DNA of 15,175 bases, from contig JANNVQ010000056.1 in the NCBI GenBank assembly GCA_031414535.1, positions 1 to 15,175 of the forward strand. Direction: 5' to 3'. This document shows, in pieces, positions 8,405 to 15,175 of the stretch (position 1 is the first letter of the stretch; every line of letters begins with the position of its first letter). Below the pieces are notes generated by a model that made no database searches, was not told the origin of the DNA, and saw only the letters and a program-made list of their open reading frames with translations. A program made the position numbers and the translations under genes. This DNA is from Gemmatimonas sp. GTDB taxonomy: Bacteria > Gemmatimonadota > Gemmatimonadetes > Gemmatimonadales > Gemmatimonadaceae.

Positions 8405-9448
8405 TCACGAGGGCTTCCGCAGGGCCAAGCCCAGCGGAAGCATCAACAAGGAAGCCACCTCGTCAGTGACGAGCGTTCCAAACGCGCCGTCACGCACCAC
8501 GAGGTTAGCCAAGGGATTGGCCGCCTGCACGTTCAGGCGCAGCCGGTCCGCGAGCACTTCGAGCAGACCCGGGGCGCGGGAACCGCCACCGCAGAGATAC
8601 ACACCATTCACGGCAGAGCCCGAGCGCGAGGAGGACGCTAGGAAGGCCACCGCGCGCTCAATACCCACCGCGATTTCCTCGCCGCGGGTTTCGAGCACAG
8701 CGTCAAGGTGATCCGACCGATCGAAGCCACGCAGCAAAGCGTCGGCCTCATCCGAACCCAGCCCCCGCTCGCGCTGCAAGTCTTCCTTGATGCGACGCGT
8801 GCCCGTGGGCAAATCGCGCGTGAGAATCGGTACACCGTCCTCAACGATGTTCACATTGGTCACTTCGTGGCCGATGTTCACCAAGGCCACCGTGCCCGTC
8901 ATGGCATCGGGATGGTTGAGCTCAAACGCGTTGTGCAGGGCAAAGGCGTCCACATCCACCGCCACAGCGTTCAGGCCGGAATCGCTTAACACGCGCACCT
9001 TCGCTTCAATCAACTCACGCTTGGCCGCGACGAGCAGCACGCTCATCTCCGGCGCCGATCCATCGGGATCGAGAATCTGGAAATCCAGCTCCACCGATTC
9101 CATATCAAACGGCACGTGCTGCTCAGCCTCCCAGCGCATCAACTCGCGGGCCTGAGTCTCTTTCACGCGCTCGATCTGAATCTTCTTGATGATCACGTCG
9201 CGACCACCGACGGCGGTCACGACATCCTTCGTGACGACCCCCGCTTCTGCCAAGGCGGCAGTGATGGCGTCGGACACGATGCCCGGATCCATGATTTCAC
9301 CTTCGACGATGGCGTCAGCCAAGAGCGGGGCCACGGCGACGTGGACCAGTTCGGGCTGTGCCTTGGAATGGTCGATCACCGCGACCTTGATAAGGCCGGA
9401 TCCGATGTCGAGGCCAACCGTTGTCTTCTTGCGACCAAAAAGCGCCAT
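8405..9448 (-). CDS. pilM: Type IV pilus assembly protein PilM (actin/FtsA-like)
   Basis: VGLDIGSGLIKV, EAEQHVPF, VLLVAAKRE, VDVDAFALHNA, LVNIGHEVT, LCGGGSR, LGLALR. ATG at 9448 (MALFGRKK) preferred over the track start at 9466. Confidence 0.95.
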   Translation of the reverse strand: MALFGRKKTTVGLDIGSGLIKVAVIDHSKAQPELVHVAVAPLLADAIVEGEIMDPGIVSDAITAALAEAGVVTKDVVTAVGGRDVIIKKIQIERVKETQARELMRWEAEQHVPFDMESVELDFQILDPDGSAPEMSVLLVAAKRELIEAKVRVLSDSGLNAVAVDVDAFALHNAFELNHPDAMTGTVALVNIGHEVTNVNIVEDGVPILTRDLPTGTRRIKEDLQRERGLGSDEADALLRGFDRSDHLDAVLETRGEEIAVGIERAVAFLASSSRSGSAVNGVYLCGGGSRAPGLLEVLADRLRLNVQAANPLANLVVRDGAFGTLVTDEVASLLMLPLGLALRKPS

Positions 9449-9496
9449 TGGTTTCCCGTGGGGCAACCTGCAGGGACAGAACGGCTCGGGTCGCCA

Positions 9497-9525
9497 AAGT
9501 TGCCGACGCCCGCCGCCAGGGTCAA
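9497..9525 (-). promoter_or_regulatory. Putative sigma70-type promoter of pilMNOPQ
   Basis: Minus strand TTGACC (9525-9520), 17-nt spacer, CAACTT (9502-9497); about 48 nt upstream of the pilM ATG, with a T-rich stretch just upstream of the -35. Confidence 0.6.
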
Positions 9526-9606
9526 TGCGAAAAACTCCTGTCTTACGACACTACACGAGCGGAGACTGGGCAAGGTAACGCCTGCGCCTTCGTTCCGTGC
9601 TCCGAA

Positions 9607-10065
9607 CTAGCCCTCGGGATGCCCGCTGCGCCAGTTCACCGCGGCGGGCATCAGCGCCCTTGCCTCTGGGCAGCCCGGGCGTGGGTCCAGTGGGATCAAA
9701 GAGTCCGGACGCAACCAGCCTAGGCGGCGATGCCGCCCACCGGCGGGACCAATACCGGTGACTTGGACCCGAACAAGACCCGACCCGGTCCACCACCACG
9801 TAATCTCGACTCGGCTACCATCTGGCTGGATGTGCACCAAGCGCTGCGGGGCTGATGGGGGCTGTAGGCAGAGCCAGCGCAGATCCGGGGGATTCACAAT
9901 GAGCGAATCCCCACCGAGCGCCGCCGCTCGCGCCCGGAGCTCATCCTCGGCGAGCGTAGCCACGCGTGTCGCCAGCAACGCATCCTGCAGCGCGAGCGAG
10001 GAAAGCATACCCAGCGCGACCAGCACCAAGAGTACAATCGGCAGTGCGATGCCTCGGCGGCTCAC
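9607..10065 (-). CDS. PilX-like minor pilin (152 aa)
   Basis: From GTG 10065 (GTGA overlap with the upstream stop): MSRRG|IALPIVLLVLVALGMLSSLAL, a class III signal without Glu5, typical of PilX/GspK. Has a later Cys pair. The track start at 10386 overlaps the upstream gene. Confidence 0.8.
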   Translation of the reverse strand: MSRRGIALPIVLLVLVALGMLSSLALQDALLATRVATLAEDELRARAAALGGDSLIVNPPDLRWLCLQPPSAPQRLVHIQPDGSRVEITWWWTGSGLVRVQVTGIGPAGGRHRRLGWLRPDSLIPLDPRPGCPEARALMPAAVNWRSGHPEG

Positions 10066-10850
10066 CACGGTACTGTAGCCTGCGCCCCGCGCCCACCGAC
10101 ACCGTGAGCGAGAGCAATCCAGTTGCCATTCGTCGCGCTGACACGGAATCCGCTGGCCCCTGGCGCGCGTAACGGCGAAGCAATGGGTTGAATGGTCCCG
10201 CAGGCCCCGTTCGTGGGATGGCAACGTCGCCAACCCAGCGCCCATTCCCCGCGACCTATATGGTAGAGCGCGAAGCGACCGCGCCGGAGTACGCGCACTT
10301 CCACGCCGGACTCCAGATTGATTGGCACGCTGTCGGCCACCACGATCCGCAGCAGTCTGGCCGCTGAGTCGGCGTGCGCGCGCCATCCGTCATCGGCGCG
10401 ACATTGCTCCGGCAACTGAAGTTGCGAGACCGAATCCACCAGCGCGTCCCACCACACGCCATCAGCGCTGCCATCGAACCGCCGCACCCGCACCAAATCG
10501 TCGGCACCCGGCAACTGCGGAAGCGCCGAGAGAGGCACGGATGCGTTGCTGCGCAGCGGCGGAAGCAGCAACGCGTGCGTCTCGCTGCCGCAGAGCACCG
10601 ATACGCCGATGAGCAGGTCCAGCTCAACGGCCGTGTCGCCGTGGAGCACGATGGACTCACCGGCGCTGAGGGCCTTGCGAACGACGGCCACCGCTTCGCG
10701 CTCCGCGCGCCCACCGATGCTGCGAAGTTCACTCTCCTCCAACGCTCGTCTGGCCGCGCCGAGCATCAGGCCCGCCGCCGCTGCAAGTACGCCGCCAAGC
10801 GCGAGCGCACAGAGCGCCTCCGCGAGCGAATGCCCGTATTTCAGTCGCAC
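10062..10850 (-). CDS. PilW-like minor pilin (262 aa)
   Basis: MRLKYG|HSLAEALCALALGGVLAAAAGLML prepilin-like N-terminus with Glu5; size and position between PilV- and PilX-like genes; C-terminal CHPTNGAC Cys pair. Confidence 0.75.
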   Translation of the reverse strand: MRLKYGHSLAEALCALALGGVLAAAAGLMLGAARRALEESELRSIGGRAEREAVAVVRKALSAGESIVLHGDTAVELDLLIGVSVLCGSETHALLLPPLRSNASVPLSALPQLPGADDLVRVRRFDGSADGVWWDALVDSVSQLQLPEQCRADDGWRAHADSAARLLRIVVADSVPINLESGVEVRVLRRGRFALYHIGRGEWALGWRRCHPTNGACGTIQPIASPLRAPGASGFRVSATNGNWIALAHGVGGRGAQATVPW

Positions 10851-11191
10851 GCGAGGCTCGTCACGATGCTGGTTCGCGCTGCCGCAGCCCGACCGTGCAC
10901 TGCGCCCTCGACTTCGAGGATGCGCGTGCGGTCCACGGCGCGCAGACGCCAGCGCGCCTCGGGGCCGTCGGCCAAGCGCGTCACGCCCGCAGTGTCGGAC
11001 GCGCTACAGGCGTTTGCCTCGAACCACGCAAGCCGATCTAGCACAAGGCCCACCAGCGCTTCGCGTACATCCGCGCTCACGCGCAGCCGCGCCGATGCGA
11101 CAATCGCATTGAGCGTACCAGAGACGCCGATAGCCAGTAGCACCGAGGCGACCAGCACTTCGACGAGGGACACTCCGCGGCGCGATGTCAT
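10841..11191 (-). CDS. PilV-like minor pilin (116 aa)
   Basis: MTSRRG|VSLVEVLVASVLLAIGV canonical prepilin cleavage/N-methylation motif; two Cys including the terminal LACD. ATG at 11191 preferred. Confidence 0.85.
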   Translation of the reverse strand: MTSRRGVSLVEVLVASVLLAIGVSGTLNAIVASARLRVSADVREALVGLVLDRLAWFEANACSASDTAGVTRLADGPEARWRLRAVDRTRILEVEGAVHGRAAAARTSIVTSLACD

Positions 11192-11197
11192 GCGCCG

Positions 11198-11203
11198 AGT
11201 GTA
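11198..11203 (-). promoter_or_regulatory. Putative -10 box (TACACT) for a leaderless minor-pilin transcript
   Basis: TACACT, 6 nt, then ATG 11191; no Shine-Dalgarno and no convincing -35. Confidence 0.45.
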
Positions 11204-11257
11204 GGGGGGCGGCGCGTATGGAGTAGAATCGGAACGGCGCGCCACGCATCGGCAGAA

Positions 11258-11287
11258 CGCGAGGCGCGAGGCGGCTAGTCCTCGCGC
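11258..11287. repeat. GC-rich hairpin built on a heptamer duplication (CGCGAGG x2 ... CCTCGCGC)
   Basis: GCGCGAGG (11264-11271) pairs with CCTCGCGC (11280-11287), 8-nt loop, 10 nt past the GT-C stop; no U-tract. Confidence 0.5.
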
Positions 11288-11297
11288 GCTACTGGCA

Positions 11298-13292
11298 TCA
11301 CCTGACCAACACCGAATCGAGAAGGGCGAGGTAATCCTTGGGGAGCCCTTCGCGGAGCACGCGAGCCTCGTCGCTGCTCAGTCGATGCACGAAGATGCTG
11401 TATCCCAGCGTCGCCTCAGGGCGGCGCACCCGCAGGTAGTTGACGAGTCGCGCGAACTGCAGACGTTCGAGCGTCCAATAGTTCTCGCCCATTTCGGGCG
11501 ACGAGCCAATGACCGCGGTTGACGGATCGCGCTCACGCTCGGCGCGCTTTTTCCGCAGCAGCATCTGGAATTCGACTTCAAGCTTCTGATCCCAGGGTCC
11601 TGCAAACGGCGAGTACACGTCCTGCAGGTTGGTTGCGCTAATCGCGTAGATCCCCGGGCCCCACTCGATCCAAGGCCGCGACTGCGTGGAGTAGCCGGGT
11701 GCGATCTCTGTGCCCTGCAAACCAAAGGCTTCCGCGTGTCGCTGCCCAAACACGCTGTAGTAGAGCGCTTCTCCTGGACGTCGTTCGGCCGCTACCCAGT
11801 CCACTAACGCGGGTACGTCCTGGCCCCAATCGAGCGACGAGTCCACAAGATGGCGCCAGCCAAGGGCGGGGCCACCGACGCTCGCGTTGAAGAACGCGAG
11901 ATAGTGTGGCCGCACCGTGAAGCTCTCCAGCGCACCCACCGCGAGCAGCGCGGCCGCCATCCATCTGCGCCAGCGCGCCGCACTCGGCAAGACCAGTGCA
12001 CCCGATGCCACGAAGAGCAGAGGGTAAATCGGGAGCAGGTGACGGTGTCCGATGTTGAGGCTGCTCGACAAAGAGACTGCCAGATACGTCGCGGCGAGCG
12101 CCACAATAGGCACCATGCCGTGCGCTGCAGGACTGAGCCCAGTCCCAGGCTCGCGGATTCGCTTCCGCCAAGCGACGAGCGAAAGGCCAACCGTGGTAAC
12201 CAACGCCACCAGCTCCGCAATCGTGCTCTTTACCACGAACGCGTACGGAAAGAACCACCACCAGCCGCTAGATCCGAACTCACCATTCAGGAATGCCGGA
12301 CGACTTTCCGCGAATCGCAGCACGAAGCTGAATCCATAGATGTAGGCCTCGGGCAGGAGCTGCCATTCACGCAGCGCGAGGATGGCCGAACGCATCAAAC
12401 CCTCACTCGGCAGCGCGTCGGACCACAGGCGGTAGTACTGCGCCATCGGCGGCATGTCGCTGCCCACAGCCGAGAAACGGAAGTCGAAGGCCGCCCAGAT
12501 CATCAGCGCAGCGACCAGCGTGTGCACGACGATTGCACCTGCAATCCAACTCAGGCGTGGCAGCATCCCGCGGAGTTCGCGCGGTCTGGGCAAATGCAGC
12601 GTCCACGTCGGCGACGCAAGTAACTTCCACGCGGCGAGCATGATGAAGACCGGCGGGAGCACCGCGGCCGAGAATTTGGCAATCGCTGCCAGGCCCGCCG
12701 AGAGCGCACTGAGCAGCAGCGAGCCAACCGTCGGCCTCTCGAGGTGACGCCACCAGGCCCACGTAGCGAGCGCAAGAAAGAGCGCCGCGCTGGTGTCGGA
12801 CGTGACGAGCGGTCCGTGCGCCAACATGGTGGGAGAGATGCTGTACATCCCTAGAGCGAAGAATGCCCCAGCGGGTCCCCACAGGGTCCACGCCCACGCG
12901 AAGACCACGAGACCCAGCACGACGCTCCAGAGCAGCGCCGCACGTCGAGCACGGACGAGCATCTCGCGATGGTTGTTGCCTACCCCATAGAGAAAGGCGT
13001 CGCCCAAGGTCGCGATGTCGGAGGTACGCCATGCCTCGTCGTAGCCATCGCGCGGCAGCGTGGGTGCGAGCGTACCCAAGGCAGCTCCCGCCACGCGCTG
13101 GGGGAGCACGCCGTTCTCTGGATGCAGGCGAAAGTCTCCGGCCGATTGGTACGAGTAGCCTCCCAACATATGGAATGGCTCATCGAAGGTCGGGCTCTTC
13201 TGGCGTGTCGCTGAGATGGCCAGCCACGCGTGCAGGCTCAGCAGAACCGCGACTGCAAGCGCGTGCAGCGGCCGAACGGATTTTCGCGTCAC
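11298..13292 (-). CDS. Polytopic GT-C fold, lipid-phosphate-sugar-dependent glycosyltransferase (PMT/ArnT-like)
   Basis: First TM followed by the SPTFDEPFH acidic DE motif; SPTMLAHGPLVTSD, AKFSA, NIGHRHLLPIYP, DSSLDWGQD; many hydrophobic segments and a soluble C-terminal domain. Start uncertain: GTG 13292 preferred because ATG 13349 would leave only 7 nt to the divergent gene. Confidence 0.85.
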   Translation of the reverse strand: MTRKSVRPLHALAVAVLLSLHAWLAISATRQKSPTFDEPFHMLGGYSYQSAGDFRLHPENGVLPQRVAGAALGTLAPTLPRDGYDEAWRTSDIATLGDAFLYGVGNNHREMLVRARRAALLWSVVLGLVVFAWAWTLWGPAGAFFALGMYSISPTMLAHGPLVTSDTSAALFLALATWAWWRHLERPTVGSLLLSALSAGLAAIAKFSAAVLPPVFIMLAAWKLLASPTWTLHLPRPRELRGMLPRLSWIAGAIVVHTLVAALMIWAAFDFRFSAVGSDMPPMAQYYRLWSDALPSEGLMRSAILALREWQLLPEAYIYGFSFVLRFAESRPAFLNGEFGSSGWWWFFPYAFVVKSTIAELVALVTTVGLSLVAWRKRIREPGTGLSPAAHGMVPIVALAATYLAVSLSSSLNIGHRHLLPIYPLLFVASGALVLPSAARWRRWMAAALLAVGALESFTVRPHYLAFFNASVGGPALGWRHLVDSSLDWGQDVPALVDWVAAERRPGEALYYSVFGQRHAEAFGLQGTEIAPGYSTQSRPWIEWGPGIYAISATNLQDVYSPFAGPWDQKLEVEFQMLLRKKRAERERDPSTAVIGSSPEMGENYWTLERLQFARLVNYLRVRRPEATLGYSIFVHRLSSDEARVLREGLPKDYLALLDSVLVR

Positions 13293-13356
13293 TGGGGCTC
13301 GATGGTTGCGTGCTCTCGCTACCTTTCCGCAGTCTTGCCTGCGGAGCATCGAAGGG

Positions 13357-14094
13357 ATGAATAGCGACGAGTACGCGAATCTGGAACGGGTGGAGGGCGC
13401 GCATTGGTATTATGTCGCCAAGCGCGCATTCGTGCGTGATTGGATTCTCCGCACGCGTCGGCCAGCGGCGAGCGATGAACTGCTCGATTGCGGCGCCGGC
13501 ACCGGTCGCTTCGCACTGGAAATGCAGCAGCACTGTCAGACGCGCGTCCTCGATGATCACCCGGAGGCGCTGGCCTTGCTGCGCCAGCGATTTCCCGCCG
13601 ATCGCGTGCACGCGCTCGCAGGCAGTCGCTTGCCGCTTGGCGACGCCTCGGTACAGTACGTCACAGCGCTCGACGTGCTTGAGCACATTCCCGACGATGT
13701 GGCGGCCGTGCAGGAGTTTGCGCGATTGCTCGCACCGGGTGGGCTCTGCGTGGCCACGGTGCCCGCAGATATGTCGCTGTGGAGCGACTGGGATGAAGTG
13801 TTGCATCATCAGCGGCGCTACGACCGCTCTGGGCTGCGCGCACTGTTTGCCGGCCCCGAATGGGAACTCTTGCACGTGAACTACACCAACGTGCTGGCGT
13901 ACCCTGCCGTGTGGGCCATTCGGCGACTGCGCCGCGTGCGTCCGGCGCGGAGCAACGCGCCACGGGCCGAGGATCGCGTGCCACCGGCGCCGCTGAACGC
14001 GTTCTTGCGCGAGAGTTTCCGCCTGAGCGCGATGTGGCGCTTGCCCTTCCCCTTCGGTGTGAGCCTGCTGATCGTCGCGCGCCGTCGCGCGTGA
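13357..14094 (+). CDS. Class I SAM-dependent methyltransferase (245 aa)
   Basis: From ATG 13357: MNSDEYANLERVEGAHWYY..., motif I LLDCGAGTG, LPLGDASVQYVTALDVLEHIPDD, LLAPGG, TVPA, WSDWDEVLHHQRRY, LPFPFGVSLL. Confidence 0.9.
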   Translation: MNSDEYANLERVEGAHWYYVAKRAFVRDWILRTRRPAASDELLDCGAGTGRFALEMQQHCQTRVLDDHPEALALLRQRFPADRVHALAGSRLPLGDASVQYVTALDVLEHIPDDVAAVQEFARLLAPGGLCVATVPADMSLWSDWDEVLHHQRRYDRSGLRALFAGPEWELLHVNYTNVLAYPAVWAIRRLRRVRPARSNAPRAEDRVPPAPLNAFLRESFRLSAMWRLPFPFGVSLLIVARRRA

Positions 14095-14121
14095 AATCGC
14101 GGGTGAAAGCCGCGCCGATCC

Positions 14122-15054
14122 TCAGCCGCCGAATTTGCGGCGCACGATGTACTGAGGACGCCGCTTCACTTCATCGTACACTCGGCCGAGGTACTCGCCG
14201 ATTACGCCGATCCCAATCAGTTGGATGCCGCCAAGGAAAAGCACCAGCGTGACGAGGGTCGTGAAGCCAGTGGGCGCCACTTCCACACCAATGATCCGGC
14301 GGATTGCAAAAAAGAGGCCGATGCCAAAGCCCACCAATGCGATGGTGAATCCGCTGTACGTCAGCAAGCGCAGTGGAAGTCGCGAGAAGCTGAAGATGCC
14401 ATCCAGCGCGTAGCGCACTAAGCGGCGAAAGGTCTGAGCCGGAGTGCCGGCGGCGCGATCGTGGCGGTCGTACTCGACAACGGCACGCGTGAAGCCCACC
14501 CAGGCACGGAGCCCGGGGAAGAATCGATGCTGCTCGGGTAACTGTCCAAACGCCTCGACCGCAGGCTTGGCCAGCAAACCGAAGGTACCGGTGTTGGCCT
14601 CTACCGGATGATCCGTGAGCCCTTGAAACACGCGGTGAAAGAGTTCGAAGCCAAGGCGACGTATCCCCCGCTCCTGCCGCGATCGGCGCACGGCCAGCAC
14701 GATCTCCGCTCCGCCCTGCCAAGCCCGCACAAGCTCGGGAATGAGTTCTGGTGGATCCTGCAGATCCGCATCCATGGTGACCACAGCATCCGCGCCGCTC
14801 ACCTGCGCAATGCCGGCAGTGAGCGCAGCCTGATGACCGAAGTTGCGTGAGAGCATCACTCCACGAATGCGCGGGTCCCTAGCCGCCGCCGCCTCGATCA
14901 TGGCCAGCGATCCATCGCGGCTGCCGTCGTCCACGAAGCAGGCGGTCCACTCCACGCCAGGCGCGGCATCAAACACGGCCGCGAGTCGAGCCAGTAGAGT
15001 CGGAAGTACTTCCTGCTCGTTGAAGACCGGGACCACCACGGCGACTTTCGGCAT
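14122..15054 (-). CDS. GT2 polyprenyl-phosphate glycosyltransferase (GtrB/ArnC/DPM1-like)
   Basis: VVVPVFNE, VDDGSRD, LSRNFGHQAALTAG, MDADLQDPPE, two C-terminal TM helices, IGEYLGRVYDEVKRRPQYIV. Confidence 0.93.
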   Translation of the reverse strand: MPKVAVVVPVFNEQEVLPTLLARLAAVFDAAPGVEWTACFVDDGSRDGSLAMIEAAAARDPRIRGVMLSRNFGHQAALTAGIAQVSGADAVVTMDADLQDPPELIPELVRAWQGGAEIVLAVRRSRQERGIRRLGFELFHRVFQGLTDHPVEANTGTFGLLAKPAVEAFGQLPEQHRFFPGLRAWVGFTRAVVEYDRHDRAAGTPAQTFRRLVRYALDGIFSFSRLPLRLLTYSGFTIALVGFGIGLFFAIRRIIGVEVAPTGFTTLVTLVLFLGGIQLIGIGVIGEYLGRVYDEVKRRPQYIVRRKFGG

Positions 15055-15061
15055 AGGCAGG

Positions 15062-15067
15062 AAGCTA
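15062..15067 (-). promoter_or_regulatory. Putative -10 box (TAGCTT) for a leaderless GT2 transcript
   Basis: TAGCTT, 7 nt, then ATG 15054; ATGCCC 18 nt further upstream as a weak -35; no Shine-Dalgarno; lies just downstream of a terminator. Confidence 0.5.
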
Positions 15068-15097
15068 CGCGTTGTGCAGCGAGCCGGGCATCCCTAC

Positions 15098-15133
15098 AAA
15101 AGAAACGTGGGGCGGGAATTCACGGCCCACGTT
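15098..15133 (-). terminator. Rho-independent terminator of an upstream transcript outside the window
   Basis: Minus strand AACGTGGG-CCGTGAATTCCCGC-CCCACGTT-TCTTTT: 8-bp perfect stem followed by a U-rich tract. Confidence 0.7.
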
Positions 15134-15175
15134 GCTACAATAGCCCGAGGCGCCAATCGGTGGAGTTCGGCGCGC

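Noticed and set aside
9526..9560. AT-richer stretch upstream of the pilM -35, considered as a regulator or recombinase palindrome
   Set aside because: No convincing dyad symmetry; it could simply be an UP-like element.
11230..11244. Possible sigma54 promoter (TGGCGCG...) upstream of the minor pilins
   Set aside because: The -12 element reads TCCG rather than TTGC at the required spacing.
13216..13356. Extended N-termini for the methyltransferase (start 13216) and GT-C (start 13349)
   Set aside because: The extensions would overlap the divergent gene head-to-head or leave no promoter space, and they carry no family-like sequence.
98..13360. Many long plus-strand ORFs (e.g. 1081..2052, 3381..4403, 7279..8469, 10374..11204, 11850..12623)
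   Set aside because: All are antisense to well-supported genes, lack recognisable motifs, and are expected from stop-codon scarcity in GC-rich DNA.
14088..14114. Small GAAA-loop hairpins between the convergent methyltransferase and GT2 stops
   Set aside because: Stems are only 4-6 bp with no U-tract on either strand; too weak to call a bidirectional terminator.
15134..15175. TACAAT hexamer and possible end of an upstream minus-strand gene at the window edge
   Set aside because: Too little sequence remains in the window to assign a gene or promoter.

Overview
GC-rich bacterial chromosomal window, almost entirely on the minus strand; gene content and protein style suggest Gemmatimonadota, which is an inference only. 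In transcription order (right to left) it holds: a three-gene lipid-linked glycosylation cassette (GtrB/DPM1-like GT2, an inverted class I SAM methyltransferase, and a large GT-C/PMT-like membrane glycosyltransferase); three minor pilins (PilV-, PilW- and PilX-like); the type IV pilus assembly operon pilM-pilN-pilO-pilP-like-pilQ, closed by an intrinsic terminator; then aroC-aroK, topA and the 5' part of trmFO. No rRNA, tRNA, CRISPR array or transposase is seen. The most interesting items are the glycosylation/methylation cassette directly abutting the pilin locus (a candidate pilus or surface glycosylation system), an inverted heptamer-repeat element just upstream of aroC, an N-terminal histone-like Lys/Ala tail on TopA, a Cys-bounded low-complexity loop in PilQ, and probable leaderless promoters.
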